From NCBI GenBank assembly GCA_965637545.1, contig OZ281495.1, positions 19,716,001 through 19,780,000 on the forward strand: a DNA stretch of 64,000 bases, written 5' to 3'. How positions within the stretch are numbered: position 1 is the first letter of the stretch; each line of letters begins with the position of its first letter. Below are positions 1-12,200 of the stretch, piece by piece. The notes under the pieces were generated by a model that saw only the letters and a list, made by a program, of their open reading frames with translations, was not told the origin of the DNA and ran no database searches. This DNA comes from Phallusia mammillata. Taxonomy: Eukaryota. The position numbers and the translations under genes are program-made.

Positions 1-271
1 TACTTAAAACCACCGGGATTGTGTTTGGTGTCCCCATTATAACATCAAGTATCAGCATATTATTTTTGATGGTTGTTGTCATTTGCCCATAACATTTATT
101 GCTCGAATAGATAGGCAAAGAACAGTCACGTTATAAAAAAGTAATTTTCTGTACGATATGTGTAATATGACTTGAAGTGTGTTATTTTTTCTAAAACAAT
201 TGAAGCTTGCTACAGAAATATAAAATTAAGCTTCGTTTTTCTCTTTTTAATTCTCGTACTTGTGCTTTCAG

Positions 272-3200
272 GGAGTTGGTGTCAAAGTTAACAGCTTGTA
301 CGGAAAGTGAACTGATCGCAAAAGCTCATCAGATCGTTGATCAAGTTATCAAAGATTCACTGCATTACCTGCAAACGTGAGTTGAAGCCAGTCCGTTTGC
401 GGTTTACGTCACATACCCTACCTAATGCCACTGGGTTCCGGTAATGATGTCTTCGAACGCGTTTCGTTTCACCGAAATCAATATCTCACATCATTTTCAA
501 GCGATTTGCAGATGATGGGTTTGCAAGCGATAAGTGGGCGTTTCCATTTTGTTTTGAGGTCAAGGAAAGTAACACAAACTGTGCTGCTTTGTATATAAGC
601 GTGAAATTTTTCTCAGCAAAGTTATAATGGGCTTGTTATCTTGAATAAGACTATTACTTATGTCATGAGTATTATTGAAATTGGTTTCAAATTTTAGAGA
701 TCGATCAGTTTTTTGTCACCTGAGTTTGAACCACTCTTTCGGTACATTATTTTTATTTCAATTACTCTATACAACTTCAAATGCACACAAACCCAAAAAA
801 CCAGGATTTAAACTTTTCTTCTAGTGGCATCTTAATTTTATCTCATAATTGCGTCCTTTCGGTACTTTTTTTGACGAAACCTGAGTGTCCGTGGTTGTTC
901 ATACTTGAACCTAATCGCCGGTAATTAGAAAACGACTTTTAAACTGCGCGGGTTAAACATGCATTTTCCGGTTGAAAATCTTACTGATAGGTGCCAAATG
1001 TTTTTTAGCTGCATTTCTGGTCATGTAAGAATGACAATACATTTGTACGGATCATTCGATATTTATTGGCTGCCAATAGCTTTCTTATAGGGGCGTTTCC
1101 CTCCACTTCACGTAACATCACGTTCCGGGATATTGCGTGGTGCACGCAGATAGCTCACTGACAGCGGGATGATGCAATCTGCGATGACTCCTAATGTATG
1201 AACTTAAATGTAGATTATTTCCTGCAAATGCACACACTTCCTTATGAAGCGATCTTCGGGCATTCCAAATGTGATATTTTAGTCATTGATGTTCTATATT
1301 TAGAATTTTTCTGCTTTGCTAGGAATCAAGATATTATTGCAACACATACATAAGCTGTTGCTGCCAGGCATAGTATCAAGTTTGTAGAGCTCTTCTGGCA
1401 ATTGTATTTTTATACTAACGTTTCTACAAGTCGCCTTCTTCATGTTATTGCAACAGATTAAGTAATTTACCTATTGAACTAAATAAACGCCATTTTTGCC
1501 CTTCGAACGTGTTGCTTAAAGGCCAATGCCTGCATGGCAGATATAAATGTTTGAAAGGTTCACATGTTTGAAAAAAGTTCATTTTTTTCTACTTTCTAAA
1601 ATGCTACATGTTATCTTGAGTTTGGTTACATTGTCACATCCACCACAACCAACATATTTCAGTTTTCGGCATACGCTTAGCAAAGCTTTTGATACACGAT
1701 TTTTCTATTTTCAACTTTTGTTTTTGTTTTCAGCACAACCTTTGCCAAAACCTGTGAGGAAAAAGGGAAAATTTCGACTGAACAAGTTGATTCTGGTAAA
1801 TCTCAACGCAAAATTTCTCATGACGTGAAGAATCACAAAATTGCTTCACACAGTAATATTCTCTTGTATAAGGTTGGTTTAAATTCGTTTAAGTTTTATT
1901 CTGTTACTGATATTAATACAAATAAAACTATTCTGTTAATAATAGTATGTGAACCACATAATTATATCCACTGTGAACCGAAAAAAAACCTTAATTTTGA
2001 AATGTTTATTAGGCGTTATGTATTATATGGTGAAAAACAATTAACGATTTTAAACAATTTTTTTAATTAAAAATATTTTTTGTAATTATTTAAAAAAAAA
2101 GATTAGACACGTTTTCTCCATTGGTTGAAATTCAACCTATCACGCAATTGGTGACGTAATGTGCTTTAATTCGTTTCCACAGGAATCGTTCGATACTCAT
2201 CGAGTGTTATACGCCTTGCGCTCTATCCTTTCCCTGTTTGAATGCGATCCTCGACTTTTCACATACACCGCTTCCACAACACAAATGTCATCGCACACTT
2301 CATACTTGACTGGCCAATCAGCTATCCAGGTTGGAACTTGATTGTATATGTGTACTAGAAGGTTAAGTTTGAAAGGCCCGAAGGCTACATTTACATTTAG
2401 AACGTACTTTTGACTTTCGCACTGTGTAAAAAAATATGTTTTTGACTACAACGTGACCGTTTAAAGCATTTTAGTGTAATAGTTGTGTATACTCGACCTA
2501 AGTTTTGTTTGTGGCCCTTTTTCATTTTGTAGAATAAAAAAAGCGTTACATTCAGTTTTTTTTTGTTAAATTAAAACCAATCTATGCAAGCATCTGATTA
2601 TGAAACCCTGATTCAAAACGATTTACGATTAAATATTCTGCGGACTTTGTACCCAGGAGCTGTTAGTTCGCCACCAACAATCCATGAGCGGGAATCAGTT
2701 TTACGGCGACATTTCAACCCGGTCGCCAAGCATTATGATTATCGACGTTCTAATCGGGATATGCCTCCGCTATATCAGGTTGGAGTAAGAATTATATCGT
2801 ATCTTCAATTTGCATTGGTCTCAACGACCGCCATTTATCGTTTTTATGTGGCATAACAAATTTTCTAGATTAGATTTGCGTTTGTAGGTAATTTGTCATC
2901 TGCTTGGATATTATTTCGCCATACATGTCGTTTGTTTTTCGAAGCTGAAGCTGCTATCCAAGACTACCTTTTTCGTTTGTGTTAAATAATACCGCAGCGA
3001 TCGGAAAATTACATGTGGTCTAATTAATAGAAAGTGAATCACTGTAATTATGAAGGATATTTACTTACTTTCTTGTTTATTGTAGCCGACAAAGACGGTG
3101 ACAGTCGGATAATTTCGTCGCATTCGTGCATGATTACTGGCGAACCACATCGCAACATTTTACCACAAAATCGTGACAGCTGCAAAAGCCGCACATGCGA

Positions 3201-6200
3201 TAATTCGCTTGTTTAAAAACGAGTTCGTGCGAGGACAAAAGTAAAAAACATTAATAGCTGTACCTGTGGTAGCCATTTTCTTCAAGGAATTTAATGTTGT
3301 TTGCTATGGTGGAACTTTCTGCATTCATATTTAAGCAAACATTACGATGTATCCAGATCTTGGCATCCACCGACCAACCACCTTCCCCATTTTTTGCACG
3401 ATGTAAGGTGCGTTTCATGCAAATTACTCCTCGCCCTACTCAACCAGATGTCGTCACTTACGAAGGACAGTCTGGCGGCGTCCCCAGCGCACATGACGTC
3501 ATCTCCTGCCACGTCATCATCGCAACAGTTCAGTGCTTTCGTGTTGTCGATTCTTTCGAAACATCACGTGCAGGAAACTGCACTACTTGCATTGTCCCAC
3601 ACCGTACAGGCTTTGCACGTAAGTAAATTTAACTGCAATTAAGTTCTACCCACAGAAACACAGTAAACTGCGGAGTTAGTTACAATTCAGCGCATTCCAC
3701 AAACTTTGCCGTTTTACTTGTTTTCTACATTTTAACTATACGATCCACCGTTAAATAAAATTTTGTTTATTTTTGGCCATCTTTGTGTGCGGTTATACAG
3801 ATTAATATCACCAACCTTTAAAGGTTTTTGATATACTAATTGTGGCATTTTTTTAATGACACTTTTTTTGCGGTATACCATATTTAAATTGGCATTTTGC
3901 AAATAACCACCATTTAATTAAACTCACAGTTTACACTTTTTAACATACGAAACAGATTTTAATGTCGTTCTGGTTGTACAAAACCTTTTCCTCGTTGCTA
4001 ATTTATTTTGCTTCAGGCACAAGAAACGAACGTTGAAAGTCCGATTGACTTCTTGGGCATAAGTGGGTAAGCATTAACCTTTTGTTATTAGCCGTGAATT
4101 CCGTGAATTTGTTTTAAGGTCAATCATGTCGTACGACTCGATCGACATTTCAATCAAAGACACTTGCAGGGTTCTTTGCACCAAGATAAATTAAATTGTT
4201 CTTTTTCTGTGATGATCTTGAAGCTCGTAACTTAATCTTAAATCTGTGTTTATGTGAGTCATTTTACCCTTGGGCTTTTGTAATTTTATCTGTTTGGGTT
4301 TGTGTGCAGATCAATGCGTGTAGTGATATAATACACATCGGGTTCTGTAGGCGGCGTACGCAAATATAAATCTGTATTGAAGATAAACATCACAGACTAT
4401 TTTGCGCACATTTTTTAACATTGCTGATTTACCCTAATCACATTCCCAAACTGACAAACAATATGGCCCTTCAAAACTGAAAACTTAAAAAAACAAAACT
4501 TTTTCTAATTTCGACATAACTTACTGTTATAGGTATTACGCTTTCAAGTTAGATGTTTTCGTATTTCTTTACCTTGATAAATTTATGGATTAATGATCGA
4601 AATCCACCATATTTTAGCTGGACGAAAATTAAATGCGTACGAACACACTTTTTATGTATAAACGTACGAAATTTATCATAAAATAACTGAGCTAAAACCT
4701 TGTGGAAAAAAATGATCTGGCGTCAAATAATATTTTATTGCTTTATCAATGAAGGCGCTCTATACCAAGTCTCAGCGACACAGAGTTAGGTTATTGGTGG
4801 TGTGGAAACAATCGTTCATTCATCGTCAGTTTCCAAGCGAACTTGCTTCACCTTGTGCGTTCCATTATCGCCTTCGAACATCGATGTACCGAGATCGATC
4901 CAACACGCTTTCGAGGTAAGCTTTCTGGCGTGCGGCAACTTTTTAACCGAGGTACACTGCTGTTGCTGTCGGATTTTGGTTATTGGCTTTGAAAAAATAG
5001 TCGGGAGGACGAAAAATCGTTGGTAAAAAAATTAATTAATTTCATTTTTTTACATTCGAGGTAGTTTTTGTGGCCATGTGATGGTTACAATTATCTACCA
5101 TACATGAAATGTGCAACATCAAAACCGGGTTTTATAAATAAAACCTAGTAGATTTTTTTCCAGTGTAAAAAGTAGGAACTGTGTAAACAGTCTTGCAGCA
5201 TTTGGTTTTGTAAAAGGTTACATGGGTTTAATTCTATCCTGTTACATAAAACACTTCCTAACCGGCCGCCGGGCATAAACGTTCAGGCAGTTTTTGTGTG
5301 TTTGCATAGATTCCTACCATCTCAAGGCATGGGATTTTACTATCTTACGGATATTATATTTAAATATTTACATCTATACAATAACAGGAGTTCTTCCCTG
5401 TCAGTGGCGCCTTGTTTTAATACGTCGCATCGTTTTAAGCCATCAAAGACTTGAAAGTGTTACACGCTACGAAATCTAGATACGATAATGCGTTGTGCCA
5501 CAAAGACATCCACCAATCTGGAAAGATAATCTTGCAAATCATGACAGCAATTTTCTCCGTGCTGCTGTAATTTTACACCAAAACCGGGGCGTTATGTTTA
5601 TCTTATTTTTCCCGGGCATACTCATTTTGATTTCCATATAAGGCCCCCTTATTTTAAATGTCAAATAGGCAAAACAAGTGTTTCTGATCTTAACCAAGTA
5701 TGGCACAATAATGATGGATATTGAAGGCTTTTGACACGATGAAGTGGTTGACAGCTCGACAAAGTTTACTTGGCTTCTACTTGGTTTTAGACTGTATTAA
5801 AAACCCTAAAAGCCATTTAAACCAGCTGTTTTTACCGTCGTGGTTATCGACAACGAACCATATAATTTAACTTTTTACAAAAAGATAAAGTCGCTTGTAA
5901 GTGCAGTTATGCAGGGAGAACTTCCTTTGTACCCCTAGAGATTGTATCTTACAGCCTCAAATGTAAACTTTTCTCAGCATTTAAGATTCCTGCACTTGGG
6001 TGTCCAGTTCCTAACAATCGCGCTTCTGTGTATTCTCACCTTGTAATGGTAATGGAGACGCAAATGAGAACCGGGTGTAACGGACTTAAGTCTGAAACCA
6101 CATGACATAGCACACCCGAATCGACTTATTTCATGGTTACATGTCTTTGTATTTTAAATTTTGGGAATAAATGCTATGAGTCTTTATTTAGATTTTGATG

Positions 6201-9200
6201 TACAGTCAAACTTCGATACTACGCCACCTTGATATTATGCCACCCTCGCTACTATACCACTTTTGATCGTCACCAACTAAATTCAATAGGAAATATATGT
6301 ACTATGCCACCCCTTACCCTTGATACTATGACACATGAGAGTACAGTATTACTGTATTAACGGCCTGGTTCCGGATTGAAAATTGACAATTTTCGGTTTG
6401 AGCTCATGATAAAACAGAGAAAACATGAAAAACAAATCGTTACCACATTGCAATTAAAATTGAGGCACTGCAAAATAGTTTCCACTTTTGCATCATCTGC
6501 GTTGTTTGCGTTTTTTTAATTTTTAGTCAATTTTTAAGGTTTGAACTAAATGCATTTCGATCAGAAACTAATAAAAATCTAATCGTTTCTTGCATAAATT
6601 TTACGGTACGTTATTTAAATAAGGCAAACTTATAATGTTAACGGTTTCCTTGCGCTAGAAGGAACATGTCATAAGGCAGAATGATGCACAGATACGCTTT
6701 ACAATCCAACATTCCTTGCTGTTGAAATTTCACCGGTCGCTGTAGGCCTTGTTTGCTGCACACACGTCCGCCCTTTTCGTGCCCCAGTTCGCGCTGCAAC
6801 CAAATCTGTGTTGTGCTAACAAACATTGACTAGCAGTCGAAGCATTGCGAAAAGTCCCGGTGCTGTGAGGACGCATAAGGCGCTCATATTTCAATACTGA
6901 TTAGATCTCGATTGATTGAAAACATCCCCAGGCCGCCCGTGTGCTTTTACAATTGTTCTACGATGCCTATCATGTAGATAGTCTTCGTTTGTCTTGACGA
7001 CTTCGATGGAATCCGTGGTTTTGCAGAAGATGGTGCTTGCTGCCGATGTCGCCACATACTTTGTAGTTCACCTTTTATCCCGATACATGTTTTTACAAGA
7101 GCCAGCCCAATTTAGGCGATGTTCTGACCTCCGGTGACAAAAGAAAAGATTTTATCGACAGATGCGTACGTCATAACGAGCCGGTGATTCGTACCAAATT
7201 GTGGGGAAAGTAAAATGACTTTCCACAACATTCTTAAATGGTGAAAGTTTCGTGTTTTTTTTCTTGTAACGGATCGTGACGTTTAAATAAGCCTAGCAGG
7301 AGTATCACCTTTGTTTTGTAATTTAAAAATAGAAGAACAACATTCTTTAGCTTAAAATAGCTGTTGCCTCATTTTTCTTTGGAAATACTGTATGACAGAT
7401 TCGCCAAATTGACTAATCGTGTTTTTTTGCCACAATAAGTTTATCCAAAACATGTCTTATAAGTCTTATATATTTGTGAAAGATAAGCAATCTTTGGTTT
7501 ATATGCAAACTTTTGCAAAACAGTAAGCACACTCTGCACAAGGGGTTGCCTGACACAAAAAATGCAAAATGTACGTTTTATCTCACTTGTTTTACTCGGG
7601 TTTCACGAAACGAGCGCTCCTGCCATTTTTAGGACTTAGTTGCGCATCGATTACGCATGGTTTGGTCATTTGCTGCGGTTGGCTGTTACATGTTAGGGAC
7701 AACTATACCTTTTGACCATCTGTCATTACCTGCAATAACGCTGCCAGTACATTCAACAAACCGCCACACAACACATACATTAAAATTTTACACATTTTCT
7801 GATCGCAATAGGGAGGCTGCTTCGGCATTTGGCCTTTTACAAGTGTTGGGTGTAATAGACAATTATTCTCAGCTGTTGTTTCAAAATTTTGCGTGTTTGC
7901 TGATTTATGCAATGTAATAGATACTGTAAAAACAGGACTCAGTAAGTTCATTGCGTGACAACTGACTTCTTGATATGCCACGAGATTCGAACTTCGTGTT
8001 GTTGCGGTACAAGTTAAGCCGAAAAGCCGAAAAACCATTTGCTCGGTTTACTGAAGGAACGTTTGCTCCCTTAACCAAGTGACATTTTTTATGTTTTGAA
8101 ACCCATAAACATGCTTTTAATTTTTTTATTAATTTTATTTGTTCCAAACCTATAAATATAAATGTAGTTGATCCGATAGAACATGTAAAAATGACTTAAT
8201 AATTAACCTGTAATTTATTTGACGTCAATTGTTAAGTTAGTTTTCGAGTGGAAGGTAAATGAACGAAGTACGCCAATTTATTGCAACACGGGTAATCAAT
8301 TTTGTTTCATACTTTTCGGCTTTGTTGAACAAGCGCCATACGAGCATCAGGTTACTGCTATTAACAATCACTTTGAATCGAAAAAAGCTAACTACAAAGT
8401 AGCAATGAAAATTTTTATTAGGTTGGTCTTCCATACGATTATATAGTAATATTCATGACGACATTTATATTGTCAACGTAAAATATTTTGTTTGAAACCG
8501 CTGAAATATTTTGTTGGAAACCAAAAGGTCCACGCGGGTTTCTTATTTACTTTGCAAATAAATCTGTGGTTTCCCACTAGCCGCTGGGGAAACCGGTTGT
8601 AGATATAGCTTTATTGTAATCCGTGAAAAGTCTTTACACAATTTTATGTGAAGCATAAAAACTGTTTGCCCTGCAAAAGAGCTTTCTGATTACATATTTG
8701 CGCGCAAATCAATGGCACGTAGTTGCTCACAGTTTAGTTGCTGTGTTTAGTATTTGTCTAAAATCAAAATTATGAACGCACTTTTGTAATAGATCAACAT
8801 AATTTGCTTTACAACCAACATCGTCCTGACAGTCCTTGTCTTTTGTAAAGTCAAAGATATTTGAAATAAGTCCGATATCGCATCGTGATGTATTGATGAG
8901 TTTAATTTAATTATCACTGAGCCGTGCTCATGCAACGTCGCTAATCGTTAGTTAAATTATTGCATGTCACGTTCCATCGTGACTGTGACGTTTTGTTCTC
9001 TGACTTAAACGTGTTGTCCGCTTTGATTACTGTTTTTGCCAAATTAGTAATTGTATTTATATTCTAGTGGATTTCTGACTTGAGACAATCAACTTACTTT
9101 GTATAAATCTTTATTCTTCGAAAAAATACATGTTGAAATTAAAGCGCATAGAAACTGTACACAATTAAAAAAAACAGTAAAAAAACATCGAAAAGAAATG

Positions 9201-12200
9201 TGCAGCAACAAATAATGAAAAAGACACGAAGTCGATTGAGTGTTTTCGATCACCACAAAACCGATTAGTTCTTATATCCGCATGTTTTGCTGCGGAAGAA
9301 AATTTTTGCAAGACGATTGCGAAAATTATAACCTCCTGGCACAAAAATCGCCTCAGCCTGCAGGCAAGTTATTAATTTTCATGTTCTGTTTTGTTTTTGC
9401 GAAGATGGCACCACAAACACGGTCGATAAAAGGCCCTTGTTATCTTGCGCTTTTGTTTGTTTTGGGCAATTTTAACAATGCCGTTTTCAAAAAAAAATAT
9501 CGTGTGAATAGAGTTATCTTCATTTGCATTCAAATGTAATTAAAGCGGTATTTCACCACGTTTTCTTTGTTCTACAGCTCGTTTGCTTTCCAACTTTATT
9601 TCATCTTTGTCGCGTTAAAAAAAATCCAAATTTGATGATTGCAAAAAACGAGAAAAATGCACTTCAAGCTTCACGTATGTAAATAAATTATGCGACAAAA
9701 AGTAATTCATCATGATCTTGCAGAAGAAATTTTCGCTTCCACAGTGAACACAAACTATTTCTGTTTCTCTCTTCCGGCGCCTTTGCCTCCATAGTTTTAA
9801 ATCTTTGCAACGTAGCGAGTTCTGATTGGACAATTTACAGAAGCTGGACTCCCCTTGAGCACACGTACTTGAAGCAGTAGCTGCAAAGATACTGGAACAT
9901 CTGGTTCAACCTTGGGATATAACGGTTGCCGTGTTTCACTCCTAAAAATGAAATGAATTATTAAATAAAATGCTCAAACCAAAAGATCTATGTGTACAAC
10001 AAATACCGAAACCAAGATTTATTTGTGATAAATCAAAACTAAAGAAATCTTCAAATGTGCTTACTTAGTGTTCTGCATCCAGCTTCGCGGTCCACCAAGT
10101 GACACATGTTTTGGGTTTGACAGAGACGTTTAACTCTCTGTCTCTTCTGGTGAGCTGTTGACGATTTTCGGATCGCACTTTCCAAAACCGATTTATTTTC
10201 TTCTTTTCCTTCTTTCTTCTCTTCCTGATGTTCGTTGCCGAAAGATCGAAGAATGTCATCAAACTGTAATTGTGAAACAGAAAGTTACGAATTTGTGACT
10301 CACCATGTGCAAAGTCTGACTAATATAAAAAAAACTTACAATTCTTTCATTGTTGGAGCAATCTGGCATCATTCCCTTCCATTTTCCCAGTTCACAAGTC
10401 ATAGAGGTGCTTCTGTGTGGCCCAGATGGGTCCAGAGGACACGAATAGGTAAAGGTGCAAGAGACGCCGTTGGCCACCGCGTCAATGACGTTACCCTTGT
10501 CACCGGTCACCATGTCTGCATCACAAGTCATGTTCGATGCGAAACTCCATTGGTGCGTTGGTTCGGTGATCTCGGCCAGTTTGCATGTCTGCGGCTGTTG
10601 ACCTGTCAATAAAAAATAAGTCCGGTTAGTTATGACCAAACACCTGCCATTCGATGCCATTGTTTACGATATCTGCACGTGTGGTCGCCAAGATCCGTAA
10701 TCGCGCATTGTAGGCTACTATTGTATGGTATGCTTCGGTACTGATACCAAAACGATGTCAATTATTGCGCGTAACTGTAAGAACTTGGAGCCAGATCAAA
10801 TGTCATCTCGCCTACGATGCACTTTGAATCGTCGGAACGTTGTGAGCTAATAAGGCTCAATTGAAACGCGCACCATGTGTCACCATCAGCGCGTGCCATT
10901 CAGCTCAAAGACAAACAAACATCAAAAAACAAAGACCCGTTCGCGGATAAGAACACTTCTATTTACAAACGTTCCGTTCGACCAACCGATTTGCAAATAT
11001 CTTGCGCTATTAGCGATATTGACGCTTGCAACACGGCAGATAAAATATCGCATGTGTTTATCACCTGGAGTCATCCGTACACGGGTTTTTCCAAGTATAA
11101 GGCAGTCGGTGAAGCTAATCATCGCACACAACACGAGGAACACAACTTTGCAAAGTTCCATTTTAATTTTTTCAGTTATCTATAGTCTTTCTAAAGTTAT
11201 AATTTGTACCTGGGAAACAAAGGCAAAAGTAAATAAACCTTCTTTTAACTTAAAACTCCCGCCATTTTGCTCTTTCCAGCTTTTCAAACAATCTTATTTT
11301 CAGCTTAATCATTTGTTGACCCTTGCGCTTATGTGAATTGCCAGTGGGGCAAGGCGAGGTTAATATACCAGCGGCCTTTTTTCATGCGCTTTGCGTTTTC
11401 AGGGCGACGTGGAAATCGGCTCGACTCGCGGTTTCTCATCGACCTCGCAAACTCTGTACTTTCCCGCGTTGCTCTCTTGTCTTACTCATACTTAATTAAG
11501 CATCCATAATTTACACGTTGCCTCATTTCCATCGGGCACTTCAAAGTCACGAATATGCATCACAGGCTCAACTGTATACATGGTAATGAGAAATTCGAAG
11601 TTTGGCCTTGTACGTATTTTGTCGCAGGAAACAATTTGCATTGAATAGAAAGACACAGGAATGCTACTAAGATGTTATTCTAACGCTATTACGTAAGGTT
11701 GAAAGTTTCGCTGGTTCGCTTTGTTTACTGGTAAGCGGATTGCACAGAACGCAGCAGTTTTCGATTTCTTGCTGAGTTTGTAAATGATCTGCGCCAAGTT
11801 TGTAATCGCATCGACATTTACACACCTGTGACGAAAGCGAGATTGAAAAGTATTATTATTATTCAAAGTGCCGCCGGAACTTGGAATGTTAGAACCACTT
11901 TGTTCCAGAACTTTCTACATTCGTTGCATTCGCATTAATTATATCGTTGTTCCATCGAGACAGTTTATTATTTTGAAGTGCCCTTTGTGTGTCCGAAAGG
12001 TGATTTTTTGCTTTTGAATCGTTTGATGTTTCGTATTTAATAATAACTAAACGCAAGTTTGCCTACATGGGCTTCCGTTTATTTCTGTGAAAGTTTGAAT
12101 CATCACGAAGACCAACGCTTGGGTAACATTATCAACCAACATCAAATTTCCTGGTTTCGCAACGTTTTAGTTTTGTTTCTTAATATTATGTTTTTTATTG

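Noticed and set aside
5978-6049. Possible extra DOP1 exon ([10 protein letters not shown]...)
   Set aside because: It ends in phase 0, which breaks the phase-1/phase-1 join between the 4915 and 15810 exons.
6640-6830. In-frame TGA in a Cys-rich minus frame (selenocysteine idea)
   Set aside because: No start, splice acceptor, recognisable SECIS or homology was found; kept only as an unexplained island.
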